DNA of 63,354 nucleotides, filler included, from Rozella allomycis CSF55 (Eukaryota): NCBI GenBank assembly GCA_000442015.1. It is 8 parts of 8 records of this genome, joined end to end, with 100 filler letters (N's around TTAATTAATTAA, not from the genome) between each part and the next. Parts side by side here need not be neighbours in the genome. Positions count along the whole stretch, not along the records: positions 50,759 to 52,420 come from KE561065.1; positions 52,521 to 57,517 come from KE561066.1; positions 57,618 to 63,354 come from KE561069.1; 5 more parts are not named here. One strand, 5' to 3'. Shown piece by piece: positions 50,759 to 63,354 of this stretch (position 1 is its first letter; each line of letters starts with the position of its first letter). The notes under the pieces were generated by a model. It saw only the letters and a program-made list of their open reading frames with translations, ran no database searches and was not told where the DNA came from. The position numbers and the translations under genes were made by a program.

Positions 50759-52420
50759 CTTTAATTACTCCTGAAGAACGAATTTTGCTTTCGCAAGCAG
50801 TAGACAATGCGAAGCTTGATGTTAAGCGACAGACAGCTAAGTACTCATTCATTTAGAATATTCTATAGACATTTAAAAGACAGACAAGGAGGCCTCTCGA
50901 TTTCTGAAGGTTATACTCTTGCGCAGCATACGCAAATGTGTATTTACGCGTTTTCGAAAGGGGATTGTACCTATGGTTTACATTTCTATATGTTAGTGTT
51001 TGGCCTGAAGCAATAGGCTGATCAAGTCGTGAGTCATCAATTGATTGGACGTGGAGACACTACACGAAAAATTAAACTCGCCGACATAGGAATACGTGAA
51101 ACATATGGACTTCGCAGTTCTGGACCTGTGGACATTATTTATGTCTTGTCTCGTGAAAGTAAAGAAAATATGATTGGCCTTTTTGAAATGTGTAAAACAA
51201 TTGTGTTTGTAAAATAATTATGCGTATCTTGCGCGTCACCGCGATCCCATTACTTGTCCTGTGGCCGGCGTAGCATTTCGGCTGCTATANAACAATTGTA
51301 TTTGTAAAATAATTAAGCGTATCTTGCGCGGCACCGCAATCCCATTACTTGTCCTGTGGCCGGCGTAGCATTTCTGCTGCTATATCGCTTTGATATATTA
51401 CATGAGACTTTGGATTGGGCTGATGTTGAAGGTGAATTGGGTGGTAGCCATTTGTTGACCAGCACTAAAGATAATAAGTGTATATCGTATTCATTTCATA
51501 ATAGCATGGTTAAGGACTTGATAAACCATGTAACAGATTGATTTGAATTTAAAAGGTTGGACTAAATGGTGGTTCCAAAGTCACACATATTCGCCGAGTT
51601 GGTGCAGCATGCATTGCGGAAGATTTAGGTGTCAGTGGCGACCAGGTGGACCGCCAAGGCCTTTGGGCAGCACATAATGAAAGGTTAAAATGCTATCAAA
51701 CCTCTAACGTTCCTAAAAATCTTATTCTTGCCTTGGCTGGGTTTCCACCGCATCTTGGGAGCTACGACATAAAGCGTTCAAATATTTTTCCCTCTCAGAT
51801 CCTGCAGTGCCGAATCTTTCCCTTTATCGAAGAGCTTTCTAAAGATATTGAAAATGGGGTTCTTCCACAGAAACAAACGAATATAAATTTTATAAACGTA
51901 TTAAAGTTTCTGCGTTTAGTAATATTACAGGACGCGGTATTCTTAAAGCAAGTCTGTCCGTCGCACATTGTCTTTGAGCATCCGGTATTTAGACACGACG
52001 ACTTTGAAGCGTATGAAGCACAAGTATTGTCAATTCCGAATGTAGATCAAACCAAAAAGCAACAATCGGATTTTGAAACCAATGTAATGAATGTTCTATT
52101 ATNACCAATGTAATGAATGTTCTTTTATTCTATGTAGCCGTCGATACCTGCATTAGTGGTAGCACTTGAAAACATAAATGAACAAAATATGGAGTTAAGG
52201 AATAAGTATAACGCTTTGGACAAAAAGCTCACTGAAACATGTAATATGATGCAAAATACTATGCGTGCGTTACCTGTGAATACTTATAGCCATAGCGGTA
52301 CAACCATGGAACATGTAGCTAACGCGCCGGAGGTTGTTCAAGCTCCTGTTTCGACATTCCGTAGGACCGACAAGGCCGTTATCAATACCAATACCACCGT
52401 GAGTCAATTGCCCAAATTAC
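50759..52420 (+). mobile_element. CryptonF-type tyrosine recombinase (NDC10 domain II-like) with introns; partial
   Basis: RGDTTR, RHR(D/N)PITCPVAGVAF.L.YRF, SKVTHIRRVGAA..GV..QVDRQGLW...CY..LAGF, IFPFIE, LRLVILQDA..HPVF. Confidence 0.82.
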
Positions 52421-52520
52421 NNNNNNNNNNNNNNNNNNNNNNNNNNNNNNNNNNNNNNNNNNNNTTAATTAATTAANNNNNNNNNNNNNNNNNNNNNNNN
52501 NNNNNNNNNNNNNNNNNNNN

Positions 52521-53277
52521 TCATTCGGACAAATCAAAAAACTCAAAAAGTACCGAAAAGGAAGCTGTAAATTCTGCAAGAAACATAAATTGGGCAAGCG
52601 GAACGATAATGGATAAAAAGTCTCCGAAACAGTACGAAACAAGAACATTAAACGACAAAGAAAAGAAATATAGAGATAATGTAGTAAAGTCGATCAGACA
52701 ATTAGGAACTCTGCTGTCAGATTCCTATTCCAATAATCCTCCTTACGTGCAAAGCAAAAATTTTGTCCTTGAAAGGGCTTATAACTATATTATTCAAACA
52801 AGAAAGAATATAAATGATCTTAAAGCGAAAAAGAAGAATATTCCGCCTAGAATGGATACAACTGACCTCGATACAGTGCTACTTAAAGCCCTTCAGGCTG
52901 ACAAAAAGGATAGAATGAATTATATATCAAGTTGTCTGTACTTGAAATACGATTCTCTTTTGGACAATATTAGCACAAAAATGCGTTCTATACAAAAGAA
53001 CAAGGAATTGATTCACAACTTGACTATTCAAATTATAAACAAAGATTTTGAACACGAGTTGCCTACTGAATCGAATAGCCTAAAGAAGAATAAAAGTGTT
53101 CTTAAAAAGTCTCTATCCGAGTCCCAGTTTCACAATCTAATTGAGCAATATACGTTGCTTGCAGAGGAAGAACAAAATAACAAGGAATTTGCCGGGTGCG
53201 ATTCATCCGAATGCGTTGATAAAATTTTATCTACCATGCGATACTCACTGTCCCTTGACGATTTCACCACTCTGTAG
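52521..53277 (+). CDS. bHLH-domain protein (5' end may be truncated)
   Basis: EKKYRDNV..SI..L..LL...SKNFVLERAYNYI..L bHLH pattern. Confidence 0.7.
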
Positions 53278-53357
53278 CGAAATCTATCCATCAATCTAAA
53301 AATAAAACGTAAAATACCATTAACTATTTAAAGTTATATTTAAATAAGAATAAGTTT

Positions 53358-55340
53358 TTATTTTACATCCTTTCGACCTGGAGCCCGATTGCGTAATCGA
53401 TAAGGTGATTCCCAATACCGTTTCGTTGCTTTTTGTGTCATCTTTGCATTAATTAAATGTTTTCTGAATGTTTGTTCGTGTGAATCTTTTGCGTGTTTTA
53501 AATCTAGTGATGATGAATCGATGATGGATTTATCCTCTTCATGACTTGTGCACATCAAATCTAATGTATTTCCATTGGAATTCACATTCAGCCGAATCTC
53601 AATTTTCGGATTATTAAAAGTCATTTTTTCTAAAGCAGTTGAAATTACCTCTGCGATTATTTTTTGTTTCCTCTTGACATCATCTACGAAAACGAATTGA
53701 TTGGGAAATTTTTCACTTTTGTTAGTGCAGCGGAATTGTTACCTGAACCAGCAATATAATCTTAAGATTTGATAAACATTTTCATAATTTAAAAGAGTCG
53801 TGTTATCATTCCATTTCAGATCAGGAATGTTCACCATTGGTCGAATCAATATTTTATCTGAAATACCCTGGGCGTACAACTTTAAAATGCTAAAGTAGGT
53901 TTCATCTGCAGAATACAATGGCGCTGCACTGATGATATTGCGATCACTAATACTTAAATCCAAAGATTCAATTAAACTCAAAATCAATTTAGCGTTCTTT
54001 AACGAACAGGGCTTGAAATGTGACGGAAAATTGCTTTCATTTTCAAAGTTATTCTAGGAATATTACAAATGATTTTTAGGTACCAGTAATGAATAATAAG
54101 ATTTAGTATCTTTACAAAAATTGGTGATATGATCAAATGGTGCAATTGTCGCCTTCAAACTCGTTTCCGAAATATTGTTTTTACAGTCATTGATAGTATC
54201 TACTAGATAGTCATAATCGAATCCTCCGTACAATCTTTCTGATAAAGGGTTGAGTTTTACGTTGTGACCAATCCATTGCATAATTCAGAATCCAGAAATT
54301 TATTCCTTCCAGTCGATTGCGCAAAACGATCAATTGTTTTTGCATTAATGACATTATTTCTATCATCTAACAAGGTTTGAAAAATAACCCTTGATATTTT
54401 TAAAGATTGTCCTTCAATTTCATGCTCGCAGTCTGTTGTGGTCAAAAGAGTGTCAAACCCACTGTTAGGATCATTAAACAGGATTATTTGNCGTTATAGC
54501 ACATTTTTTGCCATATTTATGTTCAATTAGCCGTTTCAGGTTGTACAAACTCTCCCTTGAACTAGCTACAATACAATCTCCATTTCTTAAGAACTTGAAA
54601 TCTTCCAATGGAGAATTGCAAATTGACATTCTTTTTTTGAAATTGTTGTTGCTGCTATTAATTGAAAAGGGGTCTTTCGTGTCTCTAAATAATCTCCTGG
54701 CGAAGGTTTCGTAGAACTCTGACCCATAGATATGAAGTTCTTTTGATTTTAGGCCATGTACTAGCCTTGTGATGTCCCATCCATAAATCGAGTCCCCAAT
54801 TTTGTCAAAATTGTCTATTATAGATACATCATAATTTTCGTCAAGGTTGACCATCTTTTTGATCCTAAACGATATTTAGTACTGAATGAGTACATATGAC
54901 ATGACCGATTCTTTCCATTGGATCTTCCTTTGTAGTGCTATTCGATGTTAATAAATAACAATGAGTGCCGTTTTCATTAAGTAATTTGCTTTTTTCAATG
55001 GCCAGGAAATCGCAATGTGCGGCATATAGGCCTTTTCGTGAATTCTTAAACAATCTTAATATGTTCTTTTCGTCGTCTTTAGCAGATCCATAATGATAAA
55101 ATATTTTCCTCTTTCCAACTATTAAGTTTCTAGACGATAGGTTGCAAACTATATATTCGATAAATTTCTTGACGTAGTCCGGATTTGTTGTGTAAAAACG
55201 ACTTGACCTAGAAGTCACCCAACACTTTGCATTTTTATAATCGAATAAGGCAGCTTTTAAATTTATTATATTACTTACTGGATCTGATTTTGATTCCCAT
55301 TTCAGAATTTCTATATTTAGAAAATTCAATGAATGATGAC
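53358..55340 (-). CDS. SUV3-like helicase with degenerate catalytic motifs (pseudo-helicase)
   Basis: Collinear SUV3 scaffold: KIFYHYG, KGLY, HVICT, YDVSIID..GWDITR..GLKSKELHIYG, LRNGDCIVASSR, KKCAI, ISRVIF, ISAAP. The 5' end is uncertain. Confidence 0.8.
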
Positions 55341-55620
55341 ATGGACTGATTTTAATTTATAATTCCCATAAAAATCAAAATGACTAAAAGTTAAATAACT
55401 ATTTATTTTCTTTTTATACCTTACCTACGTGACAATTGACATAATGTTTCGCATGACAGTAAAAAGAGTCCGGAGGTTTCACTTATGATACCTTGACTGA
55501 TCAGATGCAATTGCATCTTTTCGTCATTTCCAATATCAGAAGTGATGAAATTTCCCAAAAAGACATTTGTGATAGCCACGTTCAGGTACCCCTGTCTAGC
55601 CAGTGCAAATTGCATCTTTC

Positions 55621-56365
55621 ATGACTTCTACTGTAACATCTAACCCTTTTGAGTTATCCTCTGTGCTTCCACCACCTCTAATGGCATTTGATCAAGCATC
55701 CACTGATGTTTCGCCGATCACTTCCTCATGTCCATCCCCTCTGCATCTTCCTCTTCGTCTCAATTCTCAAATGTTCTCACCAAAATCTGTTTTTTGCTAT
55801 CACAACCTAATTAATTCACTAGAAACCCAAAGAGATGAAATCATGCCCAAACCCGATCTGTTACGCAGAAGAAGAAAGTCCTTGCCCATGCGATCTCCAA
55901 AATCAGCTTTTGATGTTTATGATACCCCTGGAGTCGTCTTTACTTGCGATAGCAGCTCAATCAAAGTCAAGCACAAGCCTTTGGATTTCACGACAGAATA
56001 TCGATCAGCTTTGGACAGCTCCAGCTCCCCTGAACTCTTCCCCGTTTGTGATGAGAATGCTATTTCCAATGAACGCAAAAATGCAGGTCATAGGCGTAAT
56101 TCATTAAAGAAAAGTACGGGTATTAGAGTGTGTGCTAGTTGTGGGGTAAAAATGTGTTATAGTTAATATAAAGGTATCTAAGACACCGTATTGGCGAGAA
56201 GCGTGGAATGGTAACTTTTTGTGCAATGCATGCGGGTTGCGGTATGCGAAATTTAAGAAAAGATGTGGAAAATGCAATTACGTTCCCAGAAAAGACGACA
56301 AATGTAACAAGGACTGCCCCATTTGCAGGACTGAATGGATTTGACAATTCAATATATCATAAAAA
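55621..56365 (+). CDS. GATA zinc-finger transcription factor
   Basis: S/P-rich N-terminus and spliced CASCG/VSKTPYWREAWNGNFLCNACGLRYAK. Confidence 0.88.
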
Positions 56366-56383
56366 TAAAATTATCTATTTATT

Positions 56384-56752
56384 TTAATTGAATATGATCT
56401 TTGTTAAAGCAAGTAAATAATGCGGCTTGTTGTCTCTTTTGGTGAATGCATAAATTCGCCCATTATCGTTAGATATAAAGGTGTAAATGCCTTGTGAATA
56501 TTGAAGGAATGACCAACTTTCATCATGATGGCTTGTGCTCGGAATTGATTCCCTGTTCTCCTCTACTGTATTTTGTAATCCCAAGCAATTCGGCTTAGTT
56601 CCTGAACGCAATTTCTTCGAATCTACAGAATAGTTTCTTAAACTCTCTTTTCTGGATCTCTTCTTCATTTTATGCTTGAAAGATGATTCTATGTTTCTAG
56701 TATTAAGTGCTTCTAATAATTCAGGGTTTTCATTGAGGTAAGGATCCGCCAA
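56384..56752 (-). CDS. Hypothetical protein
   Basis: 122-aa open frame between genes. No motif recognised. Confidence 0.3.
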   Translation of the reverse strand: MADPYLNENPELLEALNTRNIESSFKHKMKKRSRKESLRNYSVDSKKLRSGTKPNCLGLQNTVEENRESIPSTSHHDESWSFLQYSQGIYTFISNDNGRIYAFTKRDNKPHYLLALTKIIFN

Positions 56753-57183
56753 TGCATGATCTGCGAAACACTCGTTTGGATTCTCTTAAAGTTATCGATA
56801 TTAACATATTTTACCCTGAATATAATTTAAATTAATCGGCATCTCATTTATGTCATAGAAACTCGAAGAGTGGTATTGATCACTTCCATATTCATTTTCA
56901 TCATTATCTATACTGATTTTTTCCATATTAATCTTAAATTATGTGATTATACAAACTTGGGATTCTCCTTGAGGACCACAGGTCACTATGATTGTATCCA
57001 AGAAACTACATTCCATGGGGTTTCCAAAAATAGGGGAAATGACAGGTTTCAAACTCCATTAAAATTAAAGTTCCAATATATCGCGGATAAGATGCTCGTC
57101 TGGGAGGATTTCTGTTTTAAGCCCTTAATGAAGCAACGAGGAAATATCCAGTTCCTGAAGTTTAAGGATTGACGAAGATCTTT

Positions 57184-57516
57184 ATGTTGAATTCCCTATT
57201 TTTGATTTGTATTTATTCATTGAATGCTTCGTGCTATATTTTGCAAGATAATGATGGAGAAAAAGACATTGGATCAATATCCATAAGAGTTATCATAATT
57301 TGTGTGTTAGTCCTGTCAGGGGGTCTCGTTGCAGGTGAAAATAAAAAGGAAATTTAATAAGGATTGACCATAGGCTTAATGTCCTTGGATGAAACAAACC
57401 TTCGAGTTCTTCAGAGGAGCGATCAACCAAAACAGCGTGAATATGCTGCCATAATAGGGCCCATAAGAAATCGAGGTCATTTGTTGCTTTGTACCCTCTT
57501 AATTGCGAATACTGTA
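57184..57516 (+). CDS. MAM3: CNNM/DUF21 metal-homeostasis protein, 5' fragment
   Basis: LVLSGGLVAG/LTIGLMSLDETNLRVL...YA..I.PIR.RGHLLLCTLLIANT. Confidence 0.88.
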
Positions 57517-57617
57517 ANNNNNNNNNNNNNNNNNNNNNNNNNNNNNNNNNNNNNNNNNNNNTTAATTAATTAANNNNNNNNNNNNNNNNNNNNNNNNNNN
57601 NNNNNNNNNNNNNNNNN

Positions 57618-58191
57618 GCTGGAGCTGTATTGTTATGGGACTGTTGGCGAGCTGGCGCAGTGTGGGGATGATGTGCGGGCTGCTGTGACGGGGGGTATGA
57701 TGCGGAAACTGAAGAAGCTTAGTGTTTTGAGTGCGATTGGTGGAAAGAGTGTATGGATGTTGGTTTGTGGTGAGTAGGTTGTGAAGTTTGAAGAGTTGAA
57801 GGATTTTGGTGCGAGTGAGGAAGAGGTTGAGGGGCTATTGTTTGAGATGCTGCAGGATGGGTTGATTGGAGGCCGGATTGATGAAATGAGGAGATTGATT
57901 AATGTAGATTATGTTGGACACAGGGAAGTGAAACGGGAGCAGATGCATGAGATTGTTGAGCTGTTGAATGTGAAGATTGAAAAGAATGAAGGGATGTGCA
58001 AAAGATTGGATGAGTTGAGTGTACAATTTAGAAATAATTTTGAGAATGTAAAGAAGAGAGAAGAGGAGGAGAAGAAGGAGTTGATGAAGGTGATCGATAG
58101 AGTGAAGGATAGAACGATAGGGTTTGGGGAAAGGAGGTTTGAGAGTGTTCAGTATCGAGATGAAATGAATAGAATACAAAAGAGAGGGTAA
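57618..58191 (+). CDS. CSN7: COP9 signalosome subunit 7 (PCI domain), 3' part
   Basis: LELYCYGT, KLKKLSVLS, EVEGLLFE...GLIGGRIDE..R.INVDY..HREV, followed by a C-terminal helix. Confidence 0.7.
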
Positions 58192-58308
58192 TTATATTGA
58201 TGAATTATTAACATTAAGAAAGTTTATGTAGATGACAATAGCACAAAGATTGATATTTAAATAAATTTATTGACTCATTCGTAATAAAGTTGACTTCTAG
58301 TCATTTAT

Positions 58309-61300
58309 TTAATTATATAAATCGGTCATAACTTGAATTGCTTCTTTAAACTTTGCAATGCAATCAACTTTCAGTTTATATTTAATATCAAGTAAAATGA
58401 ATCTATCAACATTTTGATACAATGGAAATCCCATATTAGAACCTTCATCAACCTTATCAGAATCTTTATCATCAATTAATTCAAAATGGTTCAATGCTAG
58501 ATGTAAGACATTAGAAATAGAATCTAGCGCAAGAACAGAAATATTCAAAGATGGCGGTAATTTCAGCGCCTTGTGGGCAACAAACGACGCTAGCTCCAAT
58601 TTACGTGACAAAACCAGATCAGCAGTTAAAATTGCAAGAAAATCGAATTCTAGTGAATTATCAAAAACTAGTGAATTGGCTAGATTATTTATGAATAGTG
58701 GAGAGAATGAGAGTTGTTTCTTGTGATAAAAGAATAAAAATGATTTCCATGGATTATCATCAGAGTCTAGAACATCTGAATCTAGATTAAACTATAACAT
58801 GAATTAGAATTATCTTTACTTTGAGGAAAAGGAATAATAAACCATTGAAATAATTTAATCTTGTCCATTTTTGATGCAATAAAGTAAGAAATTCATCGTT
58901 TACAAGACATGGCAGTAATGTCCAATCTTGTTCAAGGGATGAAATGTTTAAAATAGTTTGAATTATTTCAATTTTATCAATTTTAAACTTTTCAGAATAT
59001 AAATTTAATAGAAAAGAAGAATATTCAACATTTGAGAGAATAAAATTACAAAACTAGATTATTGAATACTTTAATAGTTACTGTTGGTAATTCTATTAAA
59101 TCCCAAGTTAAATAGTTTTTAAAATTTGAACTTAAATCTAAAAGAGAATCAAAGAATGATAAATCTTTTGTTGGTAGAATATTCCTTCTTTCAATGTATT
59201 GGATGACAGACAATAGATTAGAAATTTCATTTAAATCATTTTGGTTTGGATTTAAACTAAAGAATAAGTTTAATTCATTTTCATTTAAATTGAATTCCCA
59301 CTTTTCAAGAATAGATAAAAATAATTTCAGTGGCTGATGATCTAGATCTATTTTTAAATTTTCATTTCTTTTAGTGAAATCTCTTAATTGAATTATTTTA
59401 AAGATTAAAGGGATCCAAGTAGAAATATTTGATCTATTAATAAAAGGAGAGAGAATATGAGAAATATCAGGATATGATGAATAATTTGAATTGATTAATA
59501 AAGTGAGATTATCTAAAGGTTGTTGAATTAATAAGAGAAGAGAATCTATTAAATCACTTCTTTTTAGAGATTGATTAGAAATGAAATCATCTGTTGTAGA
59601 TTCAGCTAATAGATTAAAGTAATATTTAGATTGAAGATTAATTGAATTAATTTTAGAATGAATTGAAAAGAGAGAATCAAAATTGGAAGTGAAAATTGAA
59701 TGAAATTTTTCAATTCTTTTTAATAGATCAATTAGATTTAAATCAAAACAAGAAACAATAAAAGAATGAAAATTGAAATCTAAATTTAGAATTTTGATTA
59801 ATTTGAAAGCATTTTCAACAAGGGTAAAATTTTGATTTGAAATCATTTCATTCAAAACTTTTAATTGGAATTCTGAATCATTTAGAAATAAATCTATAGA
59901 ATCTTTTGAAGGTAAAAGATTTGAAATTTTGTTTTTCAATTCATTTTTATTTTTTTCAAGATTAATTTTATTTATTAAATCTTTATTTTCATTAATCCAA
60001 TCTATTTTTATTTTATCAAAATCCAAAACATTTTCAGATGATTTCAATCTCTCTGCAAACAACTTTATCAAGCAATAATTATTAGTGCCATCTTTAAAAG
60101 GAGAATCATTAAAAGGAGAATCATTAGTAAAAGTAGAAATAGTCTTTCCAACATTAAACAGAGTAGAATATAATAACCTCTTCTGATTGAAGTATTCATC
60201 AACCCTTCCACTTCCATTACAACCATAACCTTCAACATCTTTACCTTCTTCTACTTCTACTTCTACCTCTACTTCTACCTCTTCTTTAACTTCAACTTTA
60301 ACTTTGGTGAGGGCAAAGAATGAAAATTCACTTTTATAAATTAAACTCAAAATTTGATTCTTTCTATTTAAATCATTTTCTCTCTCATAAAACTTTAAAA
60401 ATAATTCAACAAAATTCAAATCCAATTCAAATTTCTCTTTCTTGAATAAATCTAAAACTAGAAATGAAATTTCCAATTCATTTTCAATTAAACTCTTTTC
60501 AAGAATATATTTTAAAATATTTTTATTAAAAAGATTTAATTTTCTTGTTAGATTTATTATTTTTTCTGGATATAAAAAGAATTTTGAATCTCTTTTTATT
60601 AAATTTTTTATTAATCTAAATTTATTCTTGTTTTCTTTAAATTCAATTGGATTCAAATTTGAAATAAATTTTTCTAAAATTATTGTCGCTTCAATTAAAT
60701 TATAAAATTCTTCAATCTCTTCATCTTGCTTTACAATCGATAAACTATTTCAACTAATTTTCATTCTCTTTACCATTCAATTGACTTTTTGTATTCTTTT
60801 GAATCATAAAATTTATTTGCTACTTTAATCACAATCTCTTTCTTAACTTTAAACAATTCTTTAGCCAACAAAAACTCTATTTCAACCCCTGCATTAATTT
60901 ACTTGAATTTTCTAAAGTTATAAACAACAATTTATCAAAATTAATTTCAATTCCAAAATTTTCTAATTCTTTCAAATCTAAAACAAAAATTCTAATTTCA
61001 ATCTCATTAAAATTCTCTTTCATCTTTTCTATCAAAATTTCACTTGGATTTTTAATTTCTTTCAATTGTTTCAAATTCAACGTTGGAATGTATTTATTCA
61101 CAATCTCTAAAATATTCAAATCTTTTTCAAACTCATCAACTCTTTCATCATTCCTTTTGACTTTCTCAAGTGTATTAACTCTTTCATCATTCCCTTTGAC
61201 TTTTTCAAGTTCAACCCTATCATCATTCTCTTTCAACTCCCCTTTAATACTCCTCTTCATTGGCAAACTCTCATACATTCTATTATAAATTTCAATCCCA

Positions 61301-63354
61301 CCACAATTCTCTTTAAAATAACAACTCTTCAACACCAAATCAATCAACTCATCTTCATCCACAATTATTCTATTCTTCACTCCAGGCTTAGAATGCTCAA
61401 CAATCTCACAAATCATTTCAATATCCAATATCTCAATCCCCTTGATCAAATTCTCTTCTGTAACAACCCCCAAACAATACTCTCGCAAATCACTAATTAT
61501 CCTCTCTCTATTAGAGCTCATCACAATCATCTCAACCCACTCCATCTCACTCTTACCCATCGCTTCCCTCAAACTCACCTTGCTCTTACTACTAAACTTG
61601 TAAAACCTCTCAATCTTGTCCATCTCAATCTCAATCTTACATATCCGCACAAACTCCACAGCATACTCAATCATCCCACAACACTCCTCAATCTCATACA
61701 TCCTCTCTTTAATCCATCCTTCATCCACTACATTCTTCAACAAGAACGCATAACTAGAAGGTTTAACAGTCTCTGGCACACACTTCAGCACAACCCTCAA
61801 ATCTATCTCTCTAAACTTATCATACACCAAATACAACGCTTCAAATTGACATTTAACTGCAAATGCTTTCGCAATCTCATTCATTTCCCTTTCTCTAAAC
61901 TCTACAAACTCTTCCCACGATATAAACGTTCCAATTCCAATCAATTCATCAAATATATCCAACCTTCTCTTCCACTCACCAATCTCTTCACTCAACTCTG
62001 CATTCTTCATCACAACAAAATCAAACAATTCATTCAATATTCTCTTCACACTCTCCTTTTCCACCCTCACAATCCACTTCATATCCTCCACTCTTCCCAC
62101 AACCCATTCATCATCCTTTATTTGCTTCAATGCTTCCATCTCAAAACAATCCTCCCATATCTGCTTATACACAAAATCTAAACTAATCCCATACTCTTCA
62201 CACAACTCTTTAGCCTCATCATACTTTTTCTCTTCCAATTTATTCATCAACAATTGCATCGGCGTCGTTTGACTAAATCTTATCAATTTATACTCTGGAA
62301 CAACCAAATACCCAAACTTTGTTTCATTCGTACTATCAAAATGCCACAACAATGTATCCGTCAAATACGAAATTGGCGACACTGTTAAATTCTTTGCATA
62401 AATCATCATCCTCTTCAGTTTATTCATTCTCGGCATCTCGTCTATTATCCGCACACGCGTTAAATCAACTTTTCCATCAACTAATGATACCATCGCATGT
62501 TTATTCCTCCTTTCTAAAATACTCAATCGCTCAAATGAAAATCCAATCTCAACATCCTTGCAAACTTTAATCTCCTCACATATCTTCATAATGTCTGGCA
62601 CACTCGCTAAATACACATTCTTCTCACTCTGAATTACAATCGTTTGGTCATTCCACCATCCAACATTTTTTACATTCATCTCTCCTTTTCTATTTTAAAT
62701 AATTTGAATCTATTTACTCTCCTAGACAAACTTTTAAATCATCAAAAGTCCACATCTTTTGTATTTCGCCCTTTTCAAGATCCCACAAAATCAAATTATT
62801 TTCATCATCAATTGTAATTCCAACAGTTTGATCATACGAAATCGCCAATCTTCCATTTTTACTTNNNNNNNNNNNNNNNNNNNNNNNNNNTAGAAACAAC
62901 TTTAATCATTCCATACACACCTTCATACACAGCATCTATTCTACTCTTCTCACTACCCTCAATATACGGAAACGATTCTTCAAAACCATATATCCTCAAT
63001 CCCTCCTGTATCTTTCCACTCCAAGAACTCCCATAAACAACAAACTTGCAGCCCTTTGCAATTCCAATCCCCCAAATTTCATTAAACCCCTTCACCACAC
63101 TCCTCTGCACATCACTCTTAATCTCCCCAACCTTCAAATCAGCCTTCAAAACAACAACCTCGCCCCTCTCCATCAGCACAAACACCAAATACACATCCCC
63201 GCCATCCAAACAGCATCCACACAAATCAACAATCTCCCTCCCATCCACCCCCACAACCACACTAAACGTCACATGCTCCATCCGACTCTTCTCAACACTC
63301 TGCATCCGCATCCCATTCCCACTCCTTTCAACAATCACATAAAACCGCCCATCA
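58309..63354 (-). CDS. NBAS: NBAS/Sec39-like ER tethering protein (5' end outside the window)
   Basis: N-terminal beta-propeller-like region. TTPMQLLMNKLEEKKYDEAKELCEEYGISLDFVYKQIW parallels NBAS TTPEELYQRKI..EYEEAL.LA..YGLD.DLVYQRQW, and VPETVKPSSY parallels FPET.SP.EY. Confidence 0.8.

Noticed and set aside
37069-52420. RT-RH-MT plus the tyrosine recombinase as a single DIRS element
   Set aside because: They are on different contigs separated by several linkers and host genes. The RNase H is Ty3-type and the recombinase is CryptonF-type.
11000-57573. Recurrent TTAATTAATTAA palindrome
   Set aside because: Always embedded in N runs, so it is an artificial scaffold linker.

Overview
AT-rich eukaryotic DNA, gene-dense, with very short (about 25-35 nt) GT-AG introns. 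The gene set (kinesin-2, FANCD2, NBAS, fungal-type CLC, CryptonF and Ty3 elements) suggests a flagellated, early-diverging fungus such as a Rozella/Cryptomycota-type endoparasite; this is an inference. The window is a concatenation of contigs joined by N-TTAATTAATTAA-N linkers, with many single-n junctions that duplicate neighbouring sequence, so adjacency across linkers is not biological. It contains about 20 recognisable housekeeping genes or fragments: two RhoGAPs, P450, riboflavin kinase, FANCD2, COG1, PDI, CLC, KIF3A, SDS3, VPS11, LSM8, heme lyase, fucosyltransferase, paladin, bHLH, GATA, MAM3, CSN7 and NBAS. There are also several orphan secreted proteins and mobile-element debris (Helitron-like, hAT, Copia, Ty3/gypsy, CryptonF). 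Top leads: (1) a Ty3/gypsy pol whose RNase H runs in frame into a Dam/DIRS-type N6-adenine methyltransferase-like domain; (2) orphan secreted proteins carrying clustered PPxY (Rsp5/NEDD4-binding) motifs, which are candidate ubiquitin-ligase-hijacking effectors; (3) a SUV3 helicase homologue with its recognisable catalytic motifs replaced; (4) a bacterial-type intronless nitroreductase. Exon boundaries are read by eye and are approximate, and reference motifs are recalled from memory rather than searched.
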